DNA from: Squalus acanthias
Taxonomy: Eukaryota
Length of the DNA: 64,000 nt
Assembly: GCA_030390025.1 (NCBI GenBank)
Contig: CM059431.1
Location: 136,588,001-136,652,000 of the forward strand
Direction of reading: 5' to 3'
In this document: positions 1-14,119 of the stretch, piece after piece
Position numbering within the stretch: the first letter of the stretch is position 1
Layout: every line of letters begins with the position of its first letter
Made by a program: the position numbers and the translations under genes
Notes under the pieces: generated by a model
The model's input: the letters and a program-made list of their open reading frames with translations, nothing else
Told to the model about the DNA's origin: nothing
Databases searched by the model: none

Positions 1-3000
1 ACGGAGAATGAACTGCCTCAAACCGGGGACTGAAGAGTGAGACATGGAGAATGAACTGTCTCTCAACGGGGACTGAAGAGCGAGACATGGAGAATGAACT
101 GTCTCTAACCGGGGGCTGAAGAGAGAGAAACGGAGAATGAACTGTCTCTAACCGGGAAATGAAGTGCGAGACATGAAGAATGAACTGTCCCTAACCGTGG
201 ACTGAAGAATGAGACATGGAGAATGAATGGTCTCTAACCGGGGACTGATGAGAGAGACATGGAGAATGAACTGTCTCCAACCGGGGAATGAAATGCAAGA
301 TATGTAGAATGAACTGTCTTTAACTGGGGATTGGAGAGTGAGACATGGAAAATGAACTGTCTCTAACTGGGGACAGAAGAGTGAGAAATGGAGAATGAAC
401 TGCCTCTAACCGGAGATTGAAGAGTGAGACATGGAGAATGAACTGTCTCTAACCGGGCACTGAAGAGCGAGACATGGAGGATGAATTGTCTCTTACTGGT
501 GACTGAAGAGTAAGACATGGAGATTGATCTGCCTCAATCTGGGGAATGAAGAGTGAGACATGGAGACTGAACTGTCTCTAACCAGAACTGAAGAGCGAGA
601 CATGGAGAATGAACTGCCTCTAACCATAAACTGATCAGCGAGACATGGAGAATGAATTGTCTTTAACCGGGGACTGAAGAGTGAGACATGGAGAATGAAC
701 TGCCTCTAAGCGGAGACTGAAGAGCGCGACATGGAGAATGAATTGTCTCTCACCGGGGAAAGATTAGCGAGACATGGAGAACGAACTGTCTCTCACCGGA
801 GACTGAAGAGCGTGACATGGAGAATGAACTGTCTCTAACTGGGGACAGAAGAGTGAGAAATGGAGAATGAACTGCCTCTAACCGGAGATTGAAGAGTGAG
901 ACATGGAGAATGAACTGTCTCTAACCGGTCACTGAAGAGCGAGACATGGAGGATGAATTGTCTCTTACTGGTGACTGAAGAGTAAGACATGGAGATTGAT
1001 CTGCCTCAATCTGGGGAATGAAGAGTGAGACATGGAGACTGAACTGTCTCTAACCAGAACTGAAGAGCGAGACATGGAGAATGAACTGCCTCTAACCGTA
1101 AACTGAAGAGCGAGACATGAAGAATGAACTGCCTCTAACCGTGGACTGAAGAGTGAGACATGGAGAATGAACTGCCTCTAACCGGGGGCTGAAGAGTGCG
1201 ATATTGAGAATGAACTGTCTCTAATCGGGGACTGAAGAGTGAGTCATGGAGAATGAACTGTCCCAAACCGGGGACTGAAGAGTGATACATGGAGAATGAA
1301 CTGCCTCTAACCGGGGACTGATGAGCGAGACATGGAGAATGAACTGCCTCTAACCGTAAACTGAAGAGCGATACATGGATAATGAACTGCCACTTACCAT
1401 AAACTGATGAGCGAGACATGGAGAATTAATTGTCTCTAACCGGGGGCTGAAGAGAGAGACATAGAGAATGAACTGTCTCTAACCGTGGGCTGAAGAGTGA
1501 GACATTGAGAATGAACTGCCTCTAACTGGGGAATGAATAGCGAGACATGGAGAATGAACTGTCTCAAACTGGGGACTGAAGAGTGAGACATGGAGAATTA
1601 ATTGTCTCTAAGCGGGGACTGAGGGCCAAGACATGGAGAATGAACTGCCTCTAACCGTAGAATGAATAGTGAGACATTGAGAAGATATTGTCTCTAACCG
1701 GGGACTGAAGAGCGAGACATGGAGAATGAACTGTCTCTAATCGGGGACTGAAGAGTGAGTCATGGAGAATGAACTGCCTCAAACCGGGGACTGAAGAGTG
1801 AGACATGGAGAATGAACTGTCTCTCAATGGGAACTGAAGAGCGAGACATGGAGAATGAACTGCCTCTAACCGTAGAATGAATAGTGAGACATTGAGAAGG
1901 AATTGTCTCTAACCGGGGACTGAAGAGCGAGACATGGAGAATGAACTGTCTCTAATCGGGGACTGAAGAGTGAGTCATGGAGAATGAACTGCCTCAAACC
2001 GGGGACTGAAGAGTGAGACATGGAGAATGAACTGTCTCTCAATGGGAACTGAAGAGCGAGACATGGAGAATGAACTGTCTCTAACCGGGGGCTGAAGAGT
2101 GAGAAACGGAGAATGAACTGTCTCTAACAGCGAAATGAAGTGAGAGCCATGAAGAATGAACTGTCCCTAACCGGCGACTGAAGAATGAGACATGGAGATT
2201 GAACGGTCTCTAACCGGGGACTGATGAGAGAGACATGGAGAATGAAATGTCTCCAACCGGGGAATGAAATACAAGATATGTAGAATGAACTGTCTTTAAC
2301 TGGGAATGAAGAGTGAGACATGGAGAATGAGCTTTCTTTAATCGGGGATTGAAGTGTGAGACATGGAGAATGAACTGTCTCTAACTGGGGGCTGAAGAGT
2401 GAGACATGGAGAATGATCTGCCTCAATCCGGGGAATGAAGAGTGAGACATGGAGAATGAACTGTCTCTAACCGTAAACTGAAGAGCGAGACATGGAGAAT
2501 GAACTGCCTCTAACCATAAACTGATGAGCGAGACATGGAGAATGAATTGTCTTTAAACGGTGGCTGAAGAGAGAGACATGGAGAATGAACTGCCTCTAAC
2601 CGGGGACTGAAGAGTCAAACATGGAGAATGAACTGCCTCTAACCGGGGACTGAAGAGCGAGACATGGAGAATGAACTGTCTCTAACTGGGGACAGAAGCG
2701 TGAGACATGGAGAATGAACTGCCTTTAACCAGGAATGAAGAGTGAGACATGGAGAATGAACTGCTTCTAACTGGGGAATGAAGAGCGAGACATGGAGAAT
2801 GAACTGCCTCTATCCGGGGAATGACGAGTGAGACATGGAGAATGAACTGCCTCTCTTCGGGGACTGAAGAGTGCGATATGGAAAATGAACTGCCTCTAAT
2901 CGGGGACAGAAGAGCGAGACATGGAGAATGAACTGTCTCTAACCGGGGACTGAAGAGTGAGACATGGAGAATGAACTGACTCTAACTATGGAATGAAGAG

Positions 3001-3073
3001 CGAGACATGGAGAATGAACTGTGTCTAACCGGGGACTGAAGAGTGACACATGAAGAAAGAACTGCCTCTAACC

Positions 3074-4580
3074 ATTTTGCAACATTCCTTAGACTCTGGA
3101 TCAGTTCCGATGGAGTGGAGGGTGGCCAATGTAACCCCTCTTTTTAAAAAAGGAGGGAGGGAGAAAGCAGGGAATTATAGACCGGTCAGCCTGACATCGG
3201 TCGTGGGTAAAATGATGGAAGCAATTATTAAAGATGTCATAACAGACCATTTTGAAAGTGGCGACATGATAGGTCCAAGTCAGCATGGATTTGTGAAAGG
3301 GAAATCATGCTTGACAAATCTTCTGGAATTTTTGAGGATGTTTCCAATAGGGTGGACAGGGGGGAACCAGTAGATGTGGTGTATTTGGACTTTCAGAAGG
3401 CCTTCGACAAGGTCCCACACAAGAGTTTGGTGAGCAAAGTTAAAGCACATGGAATTGGGGGTAATGTGTTGACGTGGATTGAGAACTGGTTGGCACACAG
3501 GAAACAAAGAGTAGGAGTAAATGGGTATTTTTCAGAATGGCAGGCAGTGACCAGCGGGGTACCGCAGGGTTCGGTGCTGGGACCCCAGCTGTTTACATTA
3601 TATATTAATGATTTGGACGAAGGGATTAAATGTAATATCTCCAAATTTGCGGATGACACTAAATTGGGAGGCAGTGTGAACAATGAGGAGGATGCTAGGA
3701 GGCTACAGAGTGACTTGGACAGGTTGGGTGAATGGGCAAATGTATGGCAGATGAAGTGCAATGTGGATAAATGTGAGGTTATCCACTTTGGTGGTAAAAA
3801 TAGAGAGGCGGACTATTACCTGAATGGTGGCAGATTAGGGAAAGGGGAGTTGCAACGAGACCTGGGCGTCATGGTACATCACTCACTGAAGGTGGGAATG
3901 CAAGTGCAGCAGGCAGTCAAGAAAGCAAACGGAATGATGGCCTTCATAGCAAGGGGATTTGAGTACAGGAGTAGGGAGGTGATGCTGCAGTTGTACAGGG
4001 CCTTGGTGAGGCCACACCTGGAGTATTGTGCGCAGTTTTGGTCTCCTAACTAAAGGAAGGACATTCTTGCTATTGAGGGAGTGCAGCGAAGGTTCACTAG
4101 ATTGATTCCTGGGATGGCCGGACTGACATATCAAGAAAGATTGGGTCAACTGAACTTGTATCCTCTGGAGTTCAGAAGAATGAGGGGGGATCTTATAGAG
4201 ACATTTAAAATCCTGACTGGTTTAGACAAATTAGATGCGGGCAGAATGTTCCCAATGTTAGGGAAAACTAGAACCAGGGGTCACAGTCTAAGGATTAAGG
4301 GGAACCCATTTAAGACTGACCTGAGGAGGAACTTCTTCACCCAGAGAGTGGTGAATCTATGGAATTCTCTTCCACAGAAGGTTGTTGAGGCCAGTTCGCT
4401 AAATATATTCAAAAGGGAGTTAGATATAACACTCACAACAAGGGGGATCAAGGGGTATGGCGAGAAAGCAGGAATGGGGTACAGAGGTAGCATGTTCAGA
4501 AATGAACGCATTGAATGGCGGTGCAGGCTCGAAGGACCAAATGGTCTACTCCTGTACCTATTTTCTATGTTTCTATGTTT
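3074..4580 (+). mobile_element. 5'-truncated CR1-clade LINE (RT domain, ORF2 C-terminus, 3' tail), copy 1; defective
   Basis: NYRPVSLTS, QHGF..GKSC, DVVYLDFQKAFD, GVPQGSVLGP and KFADDTK (FADD at 3646-3657) motifs. 3' end is TTCTATGTTTCTATGTTT. There is a 1-bp frameshift in the T run near 3330 and an in-frame TAA at 4051-4053. Flanked by TAACC on both sides. Confidence 0.96.
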
Positions 4581-7500
4581 TAACCGGGGACTGAAGAGTG
4601 AGACATGGAGAATGAACTGTCTCTAACCGGGGACTGAAGAGTGAGACATGAAGAATGAACTGTCTCTAACCGGGGACTGAAGAGCGAGACATGGAGAATG
4701 AACTGCCTCTAACCGGGGACTGAAGAGTGAGACATGGAGAATGAACTGTCTCTAACCGGGGACTGAAGAGTGAGACATGGAGAATGAACTGCCTCTAAGC
4801 GGAGACTGAAGAGCGCGACATGGAGAATGAATTGTCTGTCACCGGGGAAAGATTAGCGAGACATGGAGAACGAACTGTCTCTCACCGGGGACTGAAGAGC
4901 GTGACATGGAGAATGAACTGTCTCTACCCGGGGACTGAAGAGCGAGATTTGGAGAATGAACTGTCTCTAACTGGGGACAGAAGAGTGAGAAATGGAGAAT
5001 GAACTGTCCCTAACCGTGGACTGAAGAATGAGACATGGAGAATGAATGGTCTCTAACCGGGGACTGATGAGAGAGACATGGAGAATGAACTGTCTCCAAC
5101 CGGGGAATGAAATGCAAGATATGTAGAATGAACTGTCTTTAACTGGGGATTGGAGAGTGAGACATGGAAAATGAACTGTCTCTAACTGGGGACAGAAGAG
5201 TGAGAAATGGAGAATGAACTGCCTCTAAATAGAGATTGAAGAGTGAGACATGGAGAATGAACTGTCTCTAACCGGGGACTCTTGGTCAAGACATGGAGAA
5301 TGAAGTGCATCTAACCGTGGAATGAATAGTGAGACATTGAGAAGGAATTGTCTCTAACCGGGGACTGAAGAGCGAGACATGGAGAATGAACTGTCTCTAA
5401 TCGGGGACTGAAGAGTGAGTCACGGAGAATGAACTGCCTCAAACCGGGGACTGAAGAGTGAGACATGGAGAATGAACTGTCTCTCAACGGGGACTGAAGA
5501 GCGAGACATGGAGAATGAACTGTCTCGAACCGGGGGCTGAAGAGAGAGAAACGGAGAATGAACTGTCTCTAACCGGGAAATGAAGTGCGAGACATGAAGA
5601 ATGAACTGTCCCTAACCGTGGACTGAAGAATGAGACATGGAGAATGAATGGTCTCTATCCGGGGACTGATGAGAGAGACATGGAGAATGAACTGTCTCCA
5701 ACCGGGGAATGAAATGCAAGATATGTAGAATGAACTGTCTTTAACTGGGGATTGGAGAGTGAGACATGGAAAATGAACTGTCTCTAACTGGGGACAGAAG
5801 AGTGAGAAATGGAGAATGAACTGCCTCTAACCGGAGATTGAAGAGTGAGACATGGAGAATGAACTGTCTCTAACTGGGGACTGAAGAGCGAGACATGGAA
5901 AATGAACTTCCTCAATCCGGGGAATGAAGAGCGAGACATGGAGAATGAACTGTCTCTAACCGGGCACTGAAGAGCGAGACATGGAGGATGAATTGTCTCT
6001 TACTGGTGACTGAAGAGTAAGACATGGAGATTGATCTGCCTCAATCTGGGGAATGAAGAGTGAGACATGGAGACTGAACTGTCTCTAACCAGAACTGAAG
6101 AGCGAGACATGGAGAATGAACTGCCTCTAACCATAAACTGATGAGCGAGACATGGAGAACGAAATGTCTTTAACCGGGGACTGAAGAGTGAGACATGGAG
6201 AATGAACTGCCTCTAAGCGGACACTGAAGAGCACGACATGGAGAATGAATTGTCTCTCACCGGGGAAAGATTAGCGAGACATGGAGAACGAACTGTCTCT
6301 CACCGGGGACTGTGAGCGTGACATGGAGAATGAACTGTCTCTACCCGGGGACTGAAGAGCGAGATTTGGAGAATGAACTGTCTCTAACTGGGGACAGAAG
6401 AGTGAGAAATGGAGAAAGAACTGCCTCTAACCGGAGATTGAAGAGTGAGACATGGAGAATGACCTGTCTCTAACCGGTCACTGAAGAGCGAGACATGGAG
6501 GATGAATTGTCTCTTACTGGTGACTGAAGAGTAAGACATGGAGATTGATCTGCCTCAATCTGGGGAATGAAGAGTGAGACATGGAGACTGAACTGTCTCT
6601 AACCAGAACTGAAGAGCGAGACATGGAGAAGGAACTGCCTCTAAACGTAAACTGAAGAGCGAGACATGAAGAATGAACTGCCTCTAACCGAGGGCTGAAG
6701 AGTGAGATCTGGAGAATGAACTGTCTCTAATCGGGGACTGAAAAGTGAGTCATGGAGAATGAACTGCCTCAATCCGGGGAATGAAGAGTGAGACATGGAG
6801 ACTGAACTGTCTCTAACCGGGGACTGATGAGCGAGACATAGAGAATGAACTGCCTCTAACCGTAAACTGAAGAGCGAGACATGGAGAATGAACTGTCTCT
6901 AACCGGGGGCTGAAGAGTGAGACATTGAGAATGAACTGCCTCTAACTGGGGAATGAATAGCGAGACATGGAGAATGAACTGTCTCAAACTGGGGACTGAA
7001 GAGTGAGACATGGAGAATGAACTGTCTCTAAGCGGGGACTGAGGGCCAAGACATGGAGAATGAACTGCCTCTAACCGTAGAATGAATAGTGAGACATTGA
7101 GAAGATATTGTCTCTAACCGGGGACTGAAGAGCGAGACATGGAGAATGAACTGTCTCTAATCGGGGACTGAAGAGTGAGTCATGGAGAATGAACTGCCTC
7201 AAACCGGGGACTGAAGAGTGAGACATGGAGAATGAACTGTCTCTCAATGGGAACTGAAGAGCGAGACATGGAGAATGAACTGCCTCTAACCGTAGAATGA
7301 ATAGTGAGACATTGAGAAGGAATTGTCTCTAACCGGCGACTGAAGAGCGAGACATGGAGAATGAACTGTCTCTAATCGGGGACTGAAGAGTGAGTCATGG
7401 AGAATGAACTGCCTCAAACCGGGGACTGAAGAGTGAGACATGGAGAATGAACTGTCTCTCAATGGGAACTGAAGAGCGAGACATGGAGAATGAACTGTCT

Positions 7501-8536
7501 CTAACCGGGGGCTGAAGAGTGAGAAACGGAGAATGAACTGTCTCTAACAGCGAAATGAAGTGAGAGCCATGAAGAATGAACTGTCCCTAACCGGCGACTG
7601 AAGAATGAGACATGGAGATTGAACGGTCTCTAACCGGGGACTGATGAGAGAGACATGGAGAATGAAATGTCTCCAACCGGGGAATGAAATACAAGATATG
7701 TAGAATGAACTGTCTTTAACTGGGAATGAAGAGTGAGACATGGAGAATGAGCTTTCTTTAATCGGGGATTGAAGTGTGAGACATGGAGAATGAACTGTCT
7801 CTAACTGGGGGCTGAAGAGTGAGACATGGAGAATGATCTGCCTCAATCCGGGGAATGAAGAGTGAGACATGGAGAATGAACTGTCTCTAACCGTAAACTG
7901 AAGAGCGAGACATGGAGAATGAACTGCCTCTAACCATAAACTGTTGAGCGAGACATGGAGAATGAATTGTCTTTAAACGGTGGCTGAAGAGAGAGACATG
8001 GAGAATGAACTGCCTCTAACCGGGGACTGAAGAGTCAAACATGGAGAATGAACTGCCTCTAACCGGGGACTGAAGAGCGAGACATGGAGAATGAACTGTC
8101 TCTAACTGGGGACAGAAGCGTGAGACATGGAGAATGAACTGCCTTTAACCAGGAATGAAGAGTGAGACATGGAGAATGAACTGCTTCTAACTGGGGAATG
8201 AAGAGCGAGACATGGAGAATGAACTGCCTCTATCCGGGGAATGACGAGCGAGACATGGAGAATGAACTGCCTCTCTTCGGGGACTGAAGAGTGCGATATG
8301 GAAAATGAACTGCCTCTAATCGGGGACAGAAGAGCGAGACATGGAGAATGAACTGTCTCTAACCGGGGACTGAAGAGTGAGACATGAAGAATGAACTGTC
8401 TCTAACCGGGGACTGAAGAGTGAGACATGGAGAATGAACTGACTCTAACTATGGAATGAAGAGCGAGACATGGAGAATGAACTGTGTCTAACCGGGGACT
8501 GAAGAGTGACACATGAAGAAAGAACTGCCTCTAACC

Positions 8537-10035
8537 ATTTTGCAACATTCCTTAGACTCTGGATCAGTTCCGATGGAGTGGAGGGTGGCCAATGTAACCC
8601 CTCTTTTTAAAAAAGGAGGGAGGGAGAAAGCAGGGAATTATAGACCGGTCAGCCTGACATCGGTCGTGGGTAAAATGATGGAAGCAATTATTAAAGATGT
8701 CATAACAGACCATTTTGAAAGTGGCGACATGATAGGTCCAAGTCAGCATGGATTTGTGAAAGGGAAATCATGCTTGACAAATCTTCTGGAATTTTTTGAG
8801 GATGTTTCCAATAGGGTGGACAGGGGGGAACCAGTAGATGTGGTGTATTTGGACTTTCAGAAGGCCTTCGACAAGGTCCCACACAAGAGTTTGGTGAGCA
8901 AAGTTAAAGCACATGGAATTGGGGGTAATGTGTTGACGTGGATTGAGAACTGGTTGGCACACAGGAAACAAAGAGTAGGAGTAAATGGGTATTTTTCAGA
9001 ATGGCAGGCAGTGACCAGCGGGGTACCGCAGGGTTCGGTGCTGGGACCCCAGCTGTTTACATTATATATTAATGATTTGGACGAAGGGATTAAATGTAAT
9101 ATCTCCAAATTTGCGGATGACACTAAATTGGGAGGCAGTGTGAACAATGAGGAGGATGCTAGGAGGCTACAGAGTGACTTGGACAGGTTGGGTGAATGGG
9201 CAAATGTATGGCAGATGAAGTACAATGTGGATAAATGTGAGGTTATCCACTTTGGTGGTAAAAATAGAGAGGCGGACTATTACCTGAATGGTGGCAGATT
9301 AGGGAAAGGGGAGTTGCAACGAGACCTGGGCGTCATGGTACATCACTCACTGAAGGTGGGAATGCAAGTGCAGCAGGCAGTCAAGAAAGCAAACGGAATG
9401 ATGGCCTTCATAGCAAGGGGATTTGAGTACAGGAGTAGGGAGGTGATGCTGCAGTTGTACAGGGCCTTGGTGAGGCCACACCTGGAGTATTGTGCGCAGT
9501 TTTGGTCTCCTAACTAAAGGAAGGACATTCTTGCTATTGAGGGAGTGCAGCGAAGGTTCACTAGATTGATTCCTGGGATGGCCGGACTGACATATCAAGA
9601 AAGATTGAACTTGTATCCTCTGGAGTTCAGAAGAATGAGGGGGGATCTTATAGAGACATTTAAAATCCTGACTGGTTTAGACAAATTAGATGCGGGCAGA
9701 ATGTTCCCAATGTTAGGGAAAACTAGAACCAGGGGTCACAGTCTAAGGATTAAGGGGAACCCATTTAAGACTGACCTGAGGAGGAACTTCTTCACCCAGA
9801 GAGTGGTGAATCTATGGAATTCTCTTCCACAGAAGGTTGTTGAGGCCAGTTCGCTAAATATATTCAAAAGGGAGTTAGATATAACACTCACAACAAGGGG
9901 GATCAAGGGGTATGGCGAGAAAGCAGGAATGGGGTACAGAGGTAGCATGTTCAGAAATGAACGCATTGAATGGTGGTGCAGGCTCGAAGGACCAAATGGT
10001 CTACTCCTGTACCTATTTTCTATGTTTCTATGTTT
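8537..10035 (+). mobile_element. 5'-truncated CR1-clade LINE, copy 2; defective
   Basis: Nearly identical to copy 1, with the same junctions and the same TAA (9515-9517). Has a private 9-bp deletion near 9607. Confidence 0.96.
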
Positions 10036-13000
10036 TAACCGGGGACTGAAGAGTGAGACATGGAGAATGAACTGTCTCTAACCGGGGACTGAAGAGTGAG
10101 ACATGAAGAATGAACTGTCTCTAACCGGGGACTGAAGAGCGAGACATGGAGAATGAACTGCCTCTAACCGGGGACTGAAGAGTGAGACATGGAGAATGAA
10201 CTGTCTCTAACCGGGGACTGAAGAGTGAGACATGGAGAATGAACTGCCTCTAAGCGGAGACTGAAGAGCGCGACATGGAGAATGAATTGTCTGTCACCGG
10301 GGAAAGATTAGCGAGACATGGAGAACGAACTGTCTCTCACCGGGGACTGAAGAGCGTGACATGGAGAATGAACTGTCTCTACCCGGGGACTGAAGAGCGA
10401 GATTTGGAGAATGAACTGTCTCTAACTGGGGACAGAAGAGTGAGAAATGGAGAATGAACTGTCCCTAACCGTGGACTGAAGAATGAGACATGGAGAATGA
10501 ATGGTCTCTAACCGGGGACTGATGAGAGAGACATGGAGAATGAACTGTCTCCAACCGGGGAATGAAATGCAAGATATGTAGAATGAACTGTCTTTAACTG
10601 GGGATTGGAGAGTGAGACATGGAAAATGAACTGTCTCTAACTGGGGACAGAAGAGTGAGAAATGGAGAATGAACTGCCTCTAAATAGAGATTGAAGAGTG
10701 AGACATGGAGAATGAACTGTCTCTAACCGGGGACTCTTGGTCAAGACATGGAGAATGAAGTGCATCTAACCGTGGAATGAATAGTGAGACATTGAGAAGG
10801 AATTGTCTCTAACCGGGGACTGAAGAGCGAGACATGGAGAATGAACTGTCTCTAATCGGGGACTGAAGAGAGAGACATGGTGAATGAACTGTCTCTAACC
10901 GGGGACTCTTGGTCAAGACATGGAGAATGAAGTGCATCTAACCGTGGAATGAATAGTGAGACATTGAGAAGGAATTGTCTCTAACCGGGGACTGAAGAGT
11001 GAGTCACGGAGAATGAACTGCCTCAACCGGGGACTGAAGAGTGAGACATGGAGAATGAACTGTCTCTCAACGGGGACTGAAGAGCGAGACATGGAGAATG
11101 AACTGTCTCGAACCGGGGGCTGAAGAGAGAGAAACGGAGAATGAACTGTCTCTAACCGGGAAATGAAGTGCGAGACATGAAGAATGAACTGTCCCTAACC
11201 GTGGACTGAAGAATGAGACATGGAGAATGAATGGTCTCTATCCGGGGACTGATGAGAGAGACATGGAGAATGAACTGTCTCCAACCGGGGAATGAAATGC
11301 AAGATATGTAGAATGAACTGTCTTTAACTGGGGATTGGAGAGTGAGACATGGAAAATGAACTGTCTCTAACTGGGGACAGAAGAGTGAGAAATGGAGAAT
11401 GAACTGCCTCTAACCGGAGATTGAAGAGTGAGACATGGAGAATGAACTGTCTCTAACTGGGGACTGAAGAGCGAGACATGGAAAATGAACTTCCTCAATC
11501 CGGGGAATGAAGAGCGAGACATGGAGAATGAACTGTCTCTAACCGGGCACTGAAGAGCGAGACATGGAGGATGAATTGTCTCTTACTGGTGACTGAAGAG
11601 TAAGACATGGAGATTGATCTCCCTCAATCTGGGGAATGAAGAGTGAGACATGGAGACTGAACTGTCTCTAACCAGAACTGAAGAGCGAGACATGGAGAAT
11701 GAACTGCCTCTAACCATAAACTGATGAGCGAGACATGGAGAACGAAATGTCTTTAACCGGGGACTGAAGAGTGAGACATGGAGAATGAACTGCCTCTAAG
11801 CGGACACTGAAGAGCACGACATGGAGAATGAATTGTCTCTCACCGGGGAAAGATTAGCGAGACATGGAGAACGAACTGTCTCTCACCGGGGACTGTGAGC
11901 GTGACATGGAGAATGAACTGTCTCTACCCGGGGACTGAAGAGCGAGATTTGGAGAATGAACTGTCTCTAACTGGGGACAGAAGAGTGAGAAATGGAGAAA
12001 GAACTGCCTCTAACCGGAGATTGAAGAGTGAGACATGGAGAATGACCTGTCTCTAACCGGTCACTGAAGAGCGAGACATGGAGGATGAATTGTCTCTTAC
12101 TGGTGACTGAAGAGTAAGACATGGAGATTGATCTGCCTCAATCTGGGGAATGAAGAGTGAGACATGGAGACTGAACTGTCTCTAACCAGAACTGAAGAGC
12201 GAGACATGGAGAATGAACTGCCTCTAAACGTAAACTGAAGAGCGAGACATGAAGAATGAACTGCCTCTAACCGAGGGCTGAAGAGTGAGATCTGGAGAAT
12301 GAACTGTCTCTAATCGGGGACTGAAAAGTGAGTCATGGAGAATGAACTGCCTCAATCCGGGGAATGAAGAGTGAGACATGGAGACTGAACTGTCTCTAAC
12401 CGGGGACTGATGAGCGAGACATAGAGAATGAACTGCCTCTAACCGTAAACTGAAGAGCGAGACATGGAGAATGAACTGTCTCTAACCGGGGGCTGAAGAG
12501 TGAGACATTGAGAATGAACTGCCTCTAACTGGGGAATGAATAGCGAGACATGGAGAATGAACTGTCTCAAACTGGGGACTGAAGAGTGAGACATGAAGAA
12601 TGAACTGTCTCTAAGCGGGGACTGAGGGCCAAGACATGGAGAATGAACTGCCTCTAACCGTAGAATGAATAGTGAGACATTGAGAAGATATTGTCTCTAA
12701 CCGGGGACTGAAGAGCGAGACATGGAGAATGAACTGTCTCTAATCGGGGACTGAAGAGTGAGTCATGGAGAATGAACTGCCTCAAACCGGGGACTGAAGA
12801 GTGAGACATGGAGAATGAACTGTCTCTCAATGGGAACTGAAGAGCGAGACATGGAGAATGAACTGCCTCTAACCGTAGAATGAATAGTGAGACATTGAGA
12901 AGGAATTGTCTCTAACCGGCGACTGAAGAGCGAGACATGGAGAATGAACTGTCTCTAATCGGGGACTGAAGAGTGAGTCATGGAGAATGAACTGCCTCAA

Positions 13001-14119
13001 ACCGGGGACTGAAGAGTGAGACATGGAGAATGAACTGTCTCACAATGGGAACTGAAGAGCGAGACATGGAGAATGAACTGTCTCTAACCGGGGGCTGAAG
13101 AGTGAGAAACGGAGAATGAACTGTCTCTAACAGCGAAATGAAGTGAGAGCCATGAAGAATGAACTGTCCCTAACCGGCGACTGAAGAATGAGACATGGAG
13201 ATTGAACGGTCTCTAACCGGGGACTGATGAGAGAGACATGGAGAATGAAATGTCTCCAACCGGGGAATGAAATACAAGATATGTAGAATGAACTGTCTTT
13301 AACTGGGAATGAAGAGTGAGACATGGAGAATGAGCTTTCTTTAATCGGGGATTGAAGTGTGAGACATGGAGAATGAACTGTCTCTAACTGGGGGCTGAAG
13401 AGTGAGACATGGAGAATGATCTGCCTCAATCCGGGGAATGAAGAGTGAGACATGGAGAATGAACTGTCTCTAACCGTAAACTGAAGAGCGAGACATGGAG
13501 AATGAACTGCCTCTAACCATAAACTGATGAGCGAGACATGGAGAATGAATTGTCTTTAAACGGTGGCTGAAGAGAGAGACATGGAGAATGAACTGCCTCT
13601 AACCGGGGACTGAAGAGTCAAACATGGAGAATGAACTGCCTCTAACCGGGGACTGAAGAGCGAGACATGGAGAATGAACTGTCTCTAACTGGGGACAGAA
13701 GCGTGAGACATGGAGAATGAACTGCCTTTAACCAGGAATGAAGAGTGAGACATGGAGAATGAACTGCTTCTAACTGGGGAATGAAGAGCGAGACATGGAG
13801 AATGAACTGCCTCTATCCGGGGAATGACGAGCGAGACATGGAGAATGAACTGCCTCTCTTCGGGGACTGAAGAGTGCGATATGGAAAATGAACTGCCTCT
13901 AATCGGGGACAGAAGAGCGAGACATGGAGAATGAACTGTCTCTAACCGGGGACTGAAGAGTGAGACATGAAGAATGAACTGTCTCTAACCGGGGACTGAA
14001 GAGTGAGACATGGAGAATGAACTGACTCTAACTATGGAATGAAGAGCGAGACATGGAGAATGAACTGTGTCTAACCGGGGACTGAAGAGTGACACATGAA
14101 GAAAGAACTGCCTCTAACC

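Noticed and set aside
3325..3336. Frameshift unique to LINE copy 1
   Set aside because: A one-base difference in a T homopolymer, which may be a sequencing error.
8513..9517. 334-aa RT ORF starting at an ATG in the satellite, as a domesticated or retron-like RT paired with the repeat array
   Set aside because: It is an ordinary 5'-truncated CR1 ORF2 lacking the endonuclease and carrying a premature stop. The ATG is a chance in-frame satellite codon, and there is no evidence of expression or selection.
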